Below, one piece after another: positions 30,820-47,459 of a stretch of 64,000 nucleotides of DNA. Where the stretch lies: positions 15,376,001-15,440,000 of the forward strand of contig CM022667.1 of the NCBI GenBank assembly GCA_012295275.1, read 5' to 3'. The notes under the pieces are model-generated. The model made no database searches. It saw nothing but the letters and a program-made list of their open reading frames with translations, and was not told the origin of the DNA. The position numbers and the translations under genes are program-made. Source of the DNA: Chrysomallon squamiferum (taxonomy: Eukaryota; Animalia; Mollusca). How positions within the stretch are numbered: position 1 is the first letter of the stretch; the number at the start of each line of letters is the position of its first letter.

Positions 30820-32626
30820 TCACATCTGAACAAACCAAGTACATCTATCGTGAACCACATCTTCATGTTTCCTTTCAATTCTCTTGTACGTGTAATAAAA
30901 CTTTCGAAACTCGCCTTCTGTTGTTATGATTCCAGACCACAGCTGGTATGATGTTTCATTTACAAAAGATCTGCCGTAGTTTTCATCAAACTGAGTGTTG
31001 ACGTGGAAAATCAATTCAGCAGCTACGTGAACGTTGTTAGACACATCCAGATGATCGACGTCGACAATTTCAAATAGTCTGTTAGGATACTCAACAACAA
31101 CACGGACTGAAGCACCTTTGAGGACCATCTCTCTCAGATTTGTGACTGATCCACTCTGTATCTCTCCACCATATTTTACACACAAAACTTTGATCCATTC
31201 ACGTGTGTCCACAAACCAGTCTATTTGTTGTTCTTCGTCCACATCTTCTATTACAATTCCAGTTTCAAAAGTGTATCGTCGTGTCAATATGCGACTGTTA
31301 GAAAATATCATTTTCATTTGCGCTGTTCCAGATAAATACAAAGTATTTACACTGATGGACTCCATGATATCTTCTAAACAAGCAATGATAGTATGTCCAT
31401 GTATATACACAGCATTCATAGTTAAAGACAGACCTGCTACAACTATTCTGAGTCTGTGACCACTAAATAACGCTCTAGCTAAGTTATCTACAGAACCGTG
31501 GAGACTGCTACCATATTGATCTACTTTGAATATTTTAATCCAGCAATCATCAGTGCACCAATAAAATCCCGAAGATGATGAAAGGTTTACCAACAACGAC
31601 CCTTCGACAACGTTCCATCTAAAAATGTTTCTTGGTCCCGATTTAATTTTTCTAGTCAGGTACCAATAAAGAGGTGATGTAAACGAGTTGAATCCGCTGG
31701 AAAAACCCTGTCCCACGGACGACAACATGTCGATTACTATCTCTTCCTTTTTTGGTCAAACAACAAAAATATTGTTGACGTCACATCCGAGCCTTCTGTA
31801 AGCTTTGAAAGAAAAGAGGTCAAATCACCTGAACTAACTGTCCCAGTCGATCTAGTGACCAATGAAGGTGACCCTGTTGAGTAATCTTTGATGTACCATT
31901 TGGCTTTCACTTCTTCCATGGTAGCATTTAATTCGGGTCCACTAATGTCGACAGATAAAGCTGTGTGGTATTTACCTTCGTTGATTATTCGAAAAATTCT
32001 TTTGGGGACATTTTCAAATGTTTTCCACGAAGATTTACTGAGATGGTAAAGCGATTGCGTCCATGGTATCGTGTTATCGTAAACCGAGTATCTATCAACC
32101 GAGTAGATGTGTCTACCATCGGTAAAACCCTTCAGGCTAACCCTGCATGTTTGTGTAAGAACTGTAACAAATGTGCTGAGAGGTTCAGAAGATTCAGTAT
32201 CGTAGATTAACCTCCACTTGTCGTAACATGAATCTGTAACAATAAACAGATAGTCACTGGAAGAATTATGGTATATCAGATAGGATATCAACTTATCATT
32301 GTAATTTGTTGATGATACCTCTCAGAATAATAAAAACAACAAATATTATAATAATGATAATCATGATGGTGTTTATGATGATCGTTATCATAGTGATGAT
32401 AATAATGATGATAGTAAATTTTCATTTGGAAAACCCATGTACAATAATTTTTAAAAAAGGTACATTTGGGGAATCACGAATAATATAAATTTAAATATTT
32501 CTTACCTGATATGACAGATTCACAGAACGGACCTCCATAACCAACAGAACAGACACAGTATCCATTTTCATCTGGAAAACCTTTGTTCTTGCATCGATTC
32601 TAAAAAGAAAAAGAAAATTACGAAAT

Positions 32627-32703
<77 letters not shown>

Positions 32704-33090
32704 ATGAAATTATGATGTGGGTAATATGCAATACAAGAAATAGTATTACTACCAGTTATGACACACATTGTTTATTAAAATATGAATACTTACAATGCTG
32801 AATACTTCACATGTCTGATTGTCTATCTCCAGTACAGAAGTTTGGTCAATGTTGAAAATTCCATACAGATGACAGACACCCGGACAGACTATGATTCCAT
32901 TACATCTGTGATCATTATCACAAACCATAGAACACTCATATTTCCCTTCAGACGTAGTGTTATAAATTTTACTTAACTTTAGAGCAAGATTTTCGTTTGT
33001 TATCATTTCTTTGTTCATTTCAATACTAATACAGTAAGTCTGTGCGAAAGCAAACGTGAAACACATCGCTAATATTAACAGCCTAATCAT
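30820..33090 (-). CDS. A6: family A paralog, full length except for a single -1 frameshift at about 31750 (pseudogene or consensus error); exons 33090-32794, 32599-32506, 32233-30820
   Basis: All splice sites are canonical. GAC CAA GAA AAG in the paralogs appears here as GACCAAAAAAGG (one base lost). ORFs 31737-32291 and 30820-31728 are otherwise colinear with A10. Confidence 0.75.
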
Positions 33091-35001
33091 GTTTACTGAT
33101 TATATATTTTAATAAATTTCTTTTCAAATAATATCTTGCTATGTGCAAGAAAAGTTGTACTGTATTACGTTATTTGTAATTATTCGCTAAATATATAAAG
33201 AAGTTTGGGTTTAAAAGATGTGTTATTCGTTGTTGATTTTTCCAGAACACTGAATGGAGTTCTTCCAAACAAATACTGGTTACGACACTAAATAATCCTT
33301 TCTAACGTGAAATATAACGTTTCTCACTAACAAGTAAAATGTCAGAATATTGTAGTTTCTTCTGTCAGTGCAGAGAACAGTTAGAACCTCGTGGAAAAAA
33401 TCCTGACTAACTTGTTGTGTTTCTTCGCTATTTTTGCCTTCGACATGGCGACGTATTACAAAGACATCGTTTTTGAATGGATTGGAGAGACACTTTCATA
33501 AACGTATAATAAACTTATCAGTTAACCAATGAGAAATGATTTTTTTTATTTTTCAATAATGTATTGAATACTAATTTAACAGAAATTATCAGTATGTTTC
33601 ATTATTAATTCATTTGTATCGCATGGAGAAAATTAATCAAAAACCACTGAACTCTGGTTAAATATTCAATGATTTTTGTTCTTAAAAAAAAATCAATTCT
33701 TTTTTGTTTCTTTTTTTTTAACTATATATTTATTTTGGGTTAGGTTATTGTTTTGGTATATTGTCTATAATTTTAAAAAGAAATCGAATTAATGTTGTAA
33801 TATTTCTGCCATTTAACCATCAAGATAATTAAAGTTTACGAATCATGGATGCTTTTAAGATTCCAAAATTTTGGTCTTATTGTGTTTTAAATGTCATATA
33901 CCATAAAAAATTTTGTACGTAAACGCTGATCACACAGAAAAAATATTAAATTAGTCTTTTTCATTGTCGCAATTATTTTAAAATTAATTTTTAAACAAAA
34001 GAGATGACACACAATGAACGATTCATGCAATACAGAATTTTATTCATTAAATACTTAATAATAGATACCTCCTTTCTTCAGTACCATAAAAAGAAGACTA
34101 CTGCATCGTTAAAAGTAAAGAAACACGAAGCAATAGTTTGTTGAACTTTATTCACTAACTGCTTAATAATCACTGGATTTCTTTCATCTCTAATGTTGCG
34201 TACCGATTCTTCACAAACCTTTCAGAAAATCTTGCTGTCATTTAGAATGTAAGTTGTCAGGTCTTTAGATGGTAAAAGAATCCCAAATGAAATAACAGCA
34301 TCAGATATAAAAGGAAATTTGGTTTTGAAAACTTACAAATGAAACAATAACAAAGGATGTGAGAATTGAACATGTCCTTTTTCATTAATGTTTCATACCA
34401 GTCTGTAACTTGACATTGACTTTATTTTTCTTTTCTTTCATTCTTTTTTTTTCTGTTTTTCTTTTTCTTTTTCTTTTTCTTTTTCTTTTTTTTTTTTTTT
34501 CCAGAATCATAATTATAATATATAATTGTTCATGACATTTAAAAGCAAAAAAAATTTTATGACAAAACAACAAAATATTCATGAAAAAAAATGTTTCAAC
34601 GATTTCTATTAATCCAGTATAATATAATGGTTGTTTTGTTAAGTTATTACAAAACGGTTGCTATCAGAATTGAAGAAAATAAATCAATTTCTGTTCTGTT
34701 ATTTTTCTCTGAATATTCAGTAAAAACAATCGTGAAAATCTTTAAAGGCTGCAGCAGTTTTGTCAGTTATATTGGTATGTACCTACAAACATATAACGAG
34801 ACCAGTCCTGTGTTGTTTTCTGTAAACATTTACTACGATATCTCTATGATGACTAGAGTCGGTTCTTTTCTTTTCTTTTTTATTTGTCGTTATTAATACG
34901 AAAAAAAATCAGCAAAGATTGTGTTGTTTTTCTCTTTAAAATATTTACTGTAATAAGTCTGCACAGTGTAATATAGTTCTGTTGTTTACAAGATGTGGAA
35001 T

Positions 35002-35102
<101 letters not shown>

Positions 35103-35184
35103 ACATTTAGGTCAATCGTGTGCACTACTTATTATTACCAGTTTTGGTACACATTCTTTAATACAATATGTTATACTTACGGTG

Positions 35185-35440
35185 TTGACTATATCACGTG
35201 TCTGAAGCATGTATACTGTTGAAAATTGCAAAAGGTGACAGACATCCTGACACACTATGATTCCGTCACATCTATGATGATCATCACAAACAGTAGAACA
35301 CTAAGACGTACTGTTATAGATTTTGCTTAATTTTAGACCAAGGATTTCATTTGTTGTCATTTCTTTGTTCACATATGCACTTGCTCTCTGCTAAAACAGA
35401 CCTGAAACACACCTCTTCTGTTAACAATTCTACCTGCATT
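35185..35440 (-). pseudogene. A7: orphan degenerate exon 1 of family A (duplicate of A5)
   Basis: The reverse strand reads CSTVCDDHHRCDGIIVCQDVCHL with indels. It lies at the position equivalent to A5 in the duplicated unit. Confidence 0.75.
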
Positions 35441-37008
35441 AATGAGAAGTTCGAGATTATTATTTTGTATTTATTTATATTTTATTTATTATTATTATTT
35501 TGCGTTTTTGCTTCGTTTCATAATTATTGTTTACATATTTAATATTTTTTACCATAAAATTCTGATTACCTTCTAAAAGGATTTTGTCGAAGAACTCTGT
35601 TGCTTAAAACACGTGTTCTTTCTGTTGAGATCACTGAGCACTTTTTATTCAAACAAACAACTGCACGACGACTCCCTAACAGTTTTTCTACGGTGGAAAG
35701 TGTCCCGTTATAAGTGAAAATCTAAGATAATTTTATCTTCTGGTCATCCCAGTTAATTCTCCGATAAGAAAAGTTCACGAATTTGTTTTTGATTTTGATT
35801 TTCCATCCAGACATCGATGTTTCTAAAGTACAGTGTTTTATATTTTGTACAAATGGGAATAATTTGATGTTTTCCACAAACTTATACCATACATTACAAT
35901 TCAATTAAATGTGCAATACGTTCTATGCTAGCTGCTAGTTATGAACACTTTGGTGTGGAAATTAATTGTGAGCCACAAAAATGTTAATGCTTATTTCTGT
36001 AAAGTTTTAGTGCGAGCTCGTCTACAAAAATTCGATAAAAAAAAGAAGATATTTGTGATTTTGTGGGTTTTGTCTCACCTCATGTGTGTTTTACCATTTT
36101 ATTGATTTCTTAGTGTCAAAATAATTTTTAATGAAATATCTGCTCAGAAAATTCATTGTAGACTGCTAAAATGCGACAGTTTTCTATATTTTAACTGACA
36201 CCGTCTGATGTTTTTGAGTGTTGTTTCTTTCAGGTAAAATAACCGTTACAACGTTTCCTTATAGAAAAACTGTCCCCAAGAAAAACTGCAAAAGAAAAAA
36301 GAGAAATAAATTATATTTTAAATCCGTTTCTATGTCATAATTATTTTTAATTCAGATTTTACTGAATAGATTTTAGGTGACAAAATAATAAAATCATCTA
36401 AAAGATACATTTTTTGTAGAGGATTGTCCCCTATAATTGTTAATTAATACTTGGAATCATTTTGTTTTAGAAAAACAACAGTACTGATTTTGTAGTCAGA
36501 CGAGAATAATAAAACAATCGCTTACAGAACCTTTTCTCACTAAGGATTTAACAATGGCTAAACTAATCTCTGTTTGCTGTGTACTGTAAAAACTGAAACC
36601 AGTCAAAAACGTAATGTGATTGTGAACTCATACAGAAAACAAAAAGCAAATTTTCAGCTAAAAGAGTAAAAGAAATTTTATTGACAAAATACGAAATTAA
36701 AATCAGAATAAGATAAACGTAAAGCTATAATAAAATATTTCAGATTTCTTCGTGGTTTTATAATTTGTTCTCTATTTCTTTGTACTAATGTGTTTTGTAG
36801 TATCGTTTTGTAATATTTGCTGATCGTTTGTTAAAAATTGTCTCCAAAGGGGAGTTTGTAGGTTTCCATTTCGTTCTACTTATCCAATATGTTCGATGAG
36901 TTATACCCACTGTTACTGTAATAAGCAGATAGTAAATAAATAAATAAACAAAAACGCCAGAAACAAAAATTGAATAAAATAAAAAAGATAGTGACAACAA
37001 AAATAGCG

Positions 37009-37071
<63 letters not shown>

Positions 37072-37238
37072 CTAAACGTAATGAAATATACGACTCGACT
37101 TCCCGTAGCAGAAATTTTTGTTTGGTTGTTCTGTTAAAATCAAATTCACATATTTTATTATATCTTTGCTTAAAGAATATTTTGCGGTTTCAAATAAATT
37201 ATTAGAGACAAATCTTTCAGCACAAAAGTGTGTTTGTA

Positions 37239-37290
<52 letters not shown>

Positions 37291-37484
37291 TTAAGCAACG
37301 TTATAGTTAACTATGTGAGTTTGATTAAAAGCCCGCACCACTTCTAACTAGAATAAAAAAGGAAAATTGTTTTCATACACTAACTAGAAAAGTGATTCCA
37401 AGAGGAAATTATCATCGCACCATCTATGAGGATGTTTTCACATAAATGCAAAATAAGTATATAAATAACTAAATAAATAACATC

Positions 37485-37526
<42 letters not shown>

Positions 37527-38173
37527 CATATATGGGAGAGTAAAGTTCAACGAATAATTATATTCTGTGAAACTCTTTGATTGAAGAATCATGGTAATGT
37601 TATTTAACTACCGAGACAGTCTTGAGGTGTCGAGGTTAATCAGTGCTTCCTTCTTTGACTCGCCATTTTTGAGTGCCTGTATTTTTTCTGAATATTATTT
37701 GAACCTCGTTCTGATTTTGGTTTATTTAACTATAACTACTATAAATTAAGCAGAAATACAGATAACAGACAAAACTATAACTAGTACAAGTTAAATACAA
37801 ATACAGATAACAGACAAAACTATATCCAATATAAATTAAACAGAAATTCAGATTAACGAGAAAAACGAAACACGTGTCGTCACAGTTAATTATTATCATT
37901 GATTTTCTGTTAACAATGATCACTCAATTAATCAGATGATACAATAAAACATGATACCAACAGAGATAACAAGAGATTCAACCATGCGTGTCTTTGTAGC
38001 CAAACCATTCTGTAGGTACGTTTCCTTAACAAAAGAAAGAGGTGTTTCGCCATCATTTAGTGATTGTAATTTATTTATAACCTACATTAACCTAATGATG
38101 TATGTAAAAAGATGTTTGTATTGTGTGGTCATTGTCATTATAATAAGTACGACATCAGTTGGTAATTAAATGA

Positions 38174-38272
38174 TGACGTCTGAACGTTGGTCACATCTGG
38201 TTTTAAAGTATATAAGATCGCGATAGACAGCCAAACTGTATCAAACCTTTTTTACAGCTTTGACCAGATAAG
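38174..38272 (+). promoter_or_regulatory. Core promoter and short non-coding first exon of B2
   Basis: CRE-like TGACGTC at 38174, TATATAA at 38209-38215, and a strong donor AAG|GTGAGT after 38272. The block is conserved in inverted orientation in front of B3. Confidence 0.65.
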
Positions 38273-38816
38273 GTGAGTAACATTCTGAACGTTTTAAAAT
38301 ATTTTATTAGTGAAAATGAATAGACGCATAGGCTTTCAATAAAAGTAGGTAATGTACACTAAATGTGTAAACATTTTCCTGAAAAGAAAATATATAACAT
38401 TAAGCTGACTAAATAATGTTTAAAAAAAAAAAATTATTAAAGAGTGTCTTTACGAAAATATGCTCAAATTTTGCATTAGGTTTTGTTGCAGTTCTCCTTG
38501 CTGATGATGATGGTATTTTATTTTTTGTTTATACTTTGTCTTGTGCCATCTAAAAATAATTAATATCGAAGAATAACAGCAAAAGTGTACACTGAAAATA
38601 TTAGGCCACAGCCATTTTCGTGCCACTGCGGTAAAAAAAATAAAAATAAAAATGGTTGTTTAGTAAAAATAGCAAGTTAGAAACATAATCATTTCTTTTA
38701 GCTGTACTTCAAGAACCTGCTGTCGCTGTCGTTGGCACTTTGTCGTTGTTCACGATGCTGTGTATATTACTATAAATGAGTGTAAAGACAAACAGACGTG
38801 CTCTTATAATAATAAT

Positions 38817-38863
<47 letters not shown>

Positions 38864-38872
38864 TTCTTTCAG

Positions 38873-40945
<2,073 letters not shown>

Positions 40946-42471
40946 GAACTGGACAAAGGTATGTTTTCTTATCCCTCTTGAAACCACTGACCTATAACAC
41001 GTATCTATTCCTAGACGAACATAATTAAATATTATCAGATGTAGGATAAGAATGTTTTAAATCGAGAATCCATAAGAAGTGTTTGTCACATTTAATATAC
41101 ATCCCTACACGCATGCACACACACCCAGATATAAACACAGACATATAAACATATGCATACATATATACTTACCTAAATACAGACAGACAGACGTAGACAA
41201 AACGTTCATAATACAATATTTATTATGATTATGTTGTTATTGTTGTCCTTTCTTTTTATGTGTGTTTGTTCTTTATCAATATATTCTTCATTTATTTATT
41301 TATTTTAATATAGCGACGGATCAGTGAAGATTTGAACAGAGAACTGTGATTACGTCTAGCAATACAGGATTATACTGATGACGCTGATACGACAAAGTGT
41401 ACATCAAGATAATTTTTGTTTTGTTTAGACTTTTAAATTATTCTGAATAAAAATTATTTAAGCTTATTTAATGCTTTCATTTTCATTATTCTTATCTATT
41501 TATCTATCTAGCTATCTATAATAGCATGTAACGGACTAAGAAATTAATTATTTCTAACCGTATTTCTCCACTTAATGAAAGGATATAGTGATGCTAAACG
41601 ACACTACAAAACACGAATACTTTAAACAGCGTGCTCGTAAATAATTACATATTACAAAAGATGTACTGTGACAATTTATGCATTAAACAAGCCAGATAAA
41701 ATCGTTTCAAACAATTTAACCGTGTTTTTCTGCCTTGTTCAAGGACAACCAAGGCTACTTGTGCTTTAAACTTCTGAAAGAAGATAGATAAAGATCACGT
41801 ATGCATTAACTTAAAAAATAAAAACATTTAATTGTGTTTCTCTGGCTGGTATAACACACACATACATACATATATAAGAATGTCTTGAAGACTAATTGAA
41901 GTGATTTCGAACTGGCCATAAAACACAAAAGAGTGAGCTTCCTGGAAGAATGTTTCGGATCTGCTGCATCGTCTGTGTCTGTCACAAAAGGAAAACTAAT
42001 TTAGTTAATTGACTGTTTAACTCTCAGCGGTATTAGTCATCTTTGCAGCTTCTTACGTTCTTTGTTTTTGTGTATATCCCGAATCTTTCGAAACATTACA
42101 ATAAAACGAACTAAATGTACGAATGCTAAAACGTACATTCATACATTTCTTTTATCATTTATTGACTTGATATTTTATTTATTCGGAACAGAGAATAAGC
42201 ATTTAGATTTTAGAAGTGAGAAGAATAGTTTTTGCTAATATGAGAACCAGACAGAAAGTTAGAAATAAATGACACTAATGGTATATTATTATATAATGAA
42301 GCAGGCAAAAAACAAAGCAATTTAAACAGTAAGAGATTACGTTTGAATGATTAGTTTTAATAGTTGTTTTCTGAAGCAGCATATTGCGTTTCCTTCGATC
42401 TGTCACCAAGTGGCTGTTTTGTGGATTTTTTCTGTTTGCTTTTTTTATTTTTATTTTTTGTTTTTGTTTAT

Positions 42472-42502
<31 letters not shown>

Positions 42503-43204
42503 GTTATCAATACAGAACCCTTAAGAAACTGTTATAGAATTTGTCGTTTCAAAACGAGACCAGTGACTGGTAGAATTTCTGTTAGTACTTTCAAAGGCGG
42601 TTATTAAGGAATTGATCGAATAACATCATAGTGAACAGACTTACATACTTTTACTTTAAAACGCTGCAATAAGGATTTAATGTATAATATCATTTTACTT
42701 CTCTCTGTATTCTTCCAGACTTCATTATGAAATCATACGGGAAATATATCTGCAACAAAACAATTCATGTTTGTATGCCAACATCTTTCTGAACTCGATC
42801 TTAAAACAAAGGATTATCCAGTTTTGTTTTGTCTGGAAAAGGAAAATATATTTGTGAGGCTTTTTATTGCCGAACAAATTTTCTGAACACGGATTATTTT
42901 ATGTTTTTGTTTTGTTTGTTTGTTTTTCTGAAAAAAACAATGGAAGGAAAACAAAAGGAAGCATCTTTGAAACAAATTTAAATTCTTTCTTGTACATTTT
43001 CAGAAACATAATTACGAAAACATTTAAAATATTTACTTAACTAAAGCAGTAGATTTCTGTCTTATTTTGTGTAGTGAAAAGGATTTCTTTCTGTATTTAT
43101 TTTCTTTTAAGTATCTACTTATTTATTTGTTTGTTTGTTTGTTTATTATCCATATATTTACTTTATATTTAAAATTATTCATTTCTACGATTCGTTTTCT
43201 GGAA

Positions 43205-43714
43205 ATGATGTTTGCTATAATTACTATCAACATTTTCTTCCTGTTCACAATGACGACAGCACAGCTAAGCTGTGGTAGAGTGGAACTAAACAAAGAAATT
43301 CTTACACAAGAAGAGTTTAGTAGAATTGTACGAAATGTTTTCAATAGTTCAATCAAACCTAAGATGCAATGTGCTTTGTCATGTCGCAGTGATCAAAGGT
43401 GTAACGGAATGATCGTGTGTCCAGCTATCTGTCACCTATTTGGAGTTTTCAACATGGCCAGTTTGACTGATGTCAGTGCAGATAACACAGTCTGCGAAGT
43501 TTTTAATATAGTACGTATTACAAATGTTTGAACATAATAAAATATAATTAAAGTACAGAGACAATAATGCAATATATTAACTTGAAACGTTTAGTAATAC
43601 GTTTGAAATATTAACCAAAGGCATAAGGTTCTCATATCTTATTGTAATATGTTAGAAAGGTGAGAGGATATGTAGTAATTGTGTAATTATATTTTTCCAA
43701 TAATACTTCATAAA

Positions 43715-43770
<56 letters not shown>

Positions 43771-44275
43771 CATTAAATCCAGTGCCTTATTATTTTATAT
43801 TCATTTCTAATGATAAACATTTCTTATAACATTATTATTGTCGTTATTATTATTATTACTACTACTGATATTATTACTAATAAAAACAACAACTATAACG
43901 ACAGTTAATTTCCTTTCTATTTTAGAATCGATGCAAGAACAAAGGTTTTCCAGCTGAAAATGGTTGCTGTGTCTGTACTCGTGGTTATGGAGGTCCGTTC
44001 TGTGAAAATACTGTAGAAGGTAAGAACAAAAATATTTTAAAAGCAAAATAAGAAAAATATCTAAATCCGATTGAAATAATGTTAATTTAACAATAAAATG
44101 CAATAGATTATTACATCAACAGACGATCAGAATCACTTTCATGAGAACTTTCACTAACATAAATATCTGCTGTCGTGCTTCTTTTTCTTTAATCACTTTC
44201 AGGATATTAATATTACTTCTCTGTGTTGTTATATGTGTTATATTTCTCTTCTTCTTGTTTCTCTTCTTCTTTCTC

Positions 44276-44306
<31 letters not shown>

Positions 44307-45941
44307 TATTATTGTTTGTGTTGTTATTGCTGTTATTATTATTATTGTTGTTGTTGTTGTTGTTATTATTATTATTATTTGTTGTTCTTGTCGTCATGGC
44401 TGTTGCTTATTATTAATACTGTCCTAGTCGTCGTGCGTTTGACTGTTCCTAACAATCATCGTCACCTCTTTGTTATTATCGTTGCCACTGTCATTTCTTT
44501 GAATTTCAGTTATTAATTTTAAATTCCAGATTCCTGCTACTCCTACTGGCGAATGGTTCACGATACAGAGAACATCGCAACACTGAACAGTTTAAAAACA
44601 GAGGTGAACAAATCATGCAATGTTAAATTAAAAGTTTTCGCAAGAGGCAAAGATATCCGCTCAGTGGATCTAGCCGGAATTAGAAGTAACACCGTGTGGA
44701 CACAATCTCTTTGGAAACTTGAGAAGTCTTCATGGAACATGTTTGCTGCCAATCCGAACAGACTCTTCAGTAAAATAACTAATGGTAAATACGTTTTTTC
44801 AATGGCAGTAGATATCGCTGGCCCAAAGATATGGACAAACAAATCAGAAATAAAAGCTAAATGGTATGTCAAAGATTTCTCCAATGGAACATCCAAATTA
44901 AAAAACGACAAGGATGGTAAGGTTATTTCTGGTGATTACAATTTGTTGATTTCCAAGATTGAAGAAGGTTCGTCTCTAACGTCTTCTGAAACTATTTTCA
45001 TTGAAAAACAATCAGAAAAAATATCCGCAGACGTTCTCAGCCAAATTGGACAAAGCTTTTCGGGTCAGTATGGTGCATTTATTTCTCCACAGTATTGGTA
45101 CCTGTTGAGATATACAAACGCTGGCAAGAACTACATTCTTCGTTGGTTTCTTATTAATGGAACTTACTGGTCAGCTTCAGCGTTCAGCGATTCTTATTCC
45201 TGGTGCACTGACGATTGTTGGGTTAAAATATTCACTGTTAATCAAATTGATGAACAAATTCATGGTTCAGTAGATAATTTAGCTCGCGCCTTACTTAGTG
45301 ATCATCGACTAAGGGTTTCCATCGCGGGTTTGTCTATAAGCACGAAGTCTGTACGTATTTATGGTAAGGACGTACCTGCCTCTTTAGAAGAAATAATTGA
45401 ACCAATTGCAGTAAAATCTTTTGCAGTATCTGGTATCGCGCAGAGGAAGCTGGTATTTTCTAACGGTCAAGTTTTAACTCGAAGATACACATTTGAAACT
45501 GGAACGGTAACAGAAGATGTCCAAGAACAACAACAAATAGACTGGTTTGTGGACACACGTGAATGGATCAAAGTTTTGTGTGTAAAATATGGTGGAGAGA
45601 TACAGAGTGGATCAATCACAAAACTGAGAGAGATGGTTCTGAAAGGTGCTTCTGCCCGTGTTGTCGTCGAGTATCGTAACGGAGAGTATGAAATTGTCGA
45701 CGTTGATCATCTGGGTGTGTCTAGCAACGTCCACGTAGCTGCTGAAATGATTTACCATGTCAACACTCAGTTCAATGAAAATTATGGCAGATCTTTTGTA
45801 AATGAAACATCTTACCAGCTGTGGTCTGGAATCATAACAACAGAAGGTGACTTTCAAAAGTTTTATTACACGTACAAGAAAAGTGGAGGCAAACATGAAG
45901 ACGTGGTTCACAGCAGTTGCACCTGGTTCATTCAGGAGTAA
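43205..45941 (+). CDS. A8: family A paralog, about 603 aa; exons 43205-43510, 43926-44019, 44530-45941
   Basis: Signal peptide MMFAIITINIFFLFTMTTA, PAN-like Cys pattern, 94-nt EGF exon. GT-AG sites join in frame (306+94+1412 = 1812 nt). The protein ends SSCTWFIQE*. Confidence 0.9.
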
Positions 45942-46186
45942 TATAAATTAGAATGAAGGGTTTCAGTTAAAGATGATTTTTTCTCTATAGCTATTAAGCG
46001 TAAAATATTCTCTTGTTCCCTGTAAACTATGCTAGAACAAAATGTTATGTTCAAGCAAATGTAAGTTGTTAGTTTATTGGTATCGCACATATGTACTTAC
46101 GTACGAAGACAAAAAGCAAATTTGTAGCTTTTGTCCGAAAACTGGCACTACACTAATCCTGCTTTACTTTTATGTATGTATATTTG

Positions 46187-46255
<69 letters not shown>

Positions 46256-47459
46256 ATAGTTTTGTGTATGTGTGTTAGTGTTTATGTTATACATATCCAG
46301 AGAAGGGATACTGAGACATATTATTTATTGTTTTGTTTATTTTTTTTATTAAATCTTTGCTTTGGTGTGTTTTTTTGTTTTTACAAATTTTTATTTATTT
46401 ATGTTTTTATTTATTGTTTTTTGCTTTGGTGTGCTTTTCGTTTTTTATTTTTTAATTGCGGAATAGCAAATAAAAATTTATTAAATTATGAATAATAGTT
46501 ATTGGTAACTATTTTTCGTAGTTATAGTAAATAAAGATTATATTAATAATCTAAATAATCACAAACAAGAGCTATGTACCACTGAGGTATATTAATTTTC
46601 TGGAAAGGATGAAGATGGAGCCAACGTGAAATTACTGGATTTGATAATGGATTTTTATTTTTATTTTTTAATGTTATTTATTTATTTATTTATTTACACA
46701 TTTATTTTTATTTTTATTTATTATTGTTGTTATTGTTGTTGTTGTTGTTTATAATATTATTTCTGTACCCATAATACTGTTGAAAATGTATGTTATAGAA
46801 TGAATGAATGAATGAATGAATGAAAAAAATTAACGTGCTAATCAGAGCAAGCTGTTGTGAAGCACGTCTACGACCGACACGCTTTCTGACAGGTCAGCAT
46901 ATCGGACTGTAACGAGTCGGTTCCGATGTTTCGTACACGTTATCCGCTCCTTGTTGTTTCAGATACTTGTCTGGCTGGTTGAAGCTCTCCTAGTCATCAC
47001 CGGGTCCGAGTTGGTTGCGTCCTGTTTGTTTGTTGTCTTCTCGGCTGCTGTTGATGTGTCCTTGTTCTTTTTGGCTGCTTCCTTCTGGTCCAACAATTCC
47101 AAACCTTTTTTACTTCTTGTTTTTCTGCCAATGGTCTTTTTATTGATTTGAAACATGCTGTAAACACTTGTAACTAAAAAGAACTTATTTACATTTTATT
47201 TTATTTTATTTTATTTTTATTTTTTTTATTTTTTTATTTTTTTTTTTTTTTTTTAAAGATGTTATAAATACCTGCAGCTGAGAATAAGAACATGAACTTA
47301 TTTACATTTATTATGTACATTAAAAAACAAAACAAAAACATAGCCGGGTTAGTACGGTCTGAAAGTAGTTACGTATAGTACGTATAGTTTTGTTTTTAAT
47401 TATTAATTTAATTGGCTGTTCAAATAGATCCGTCAGTCAGCCGATCCATCCATAGATCC

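Noticed and set aside
46860-47160. GC-richer segment with a short K/T-rich minus-strand ORF next to the LINE
   Set aside because: Probably a further retroelement fragment, but it has no diagnostic motif and is too short to call.
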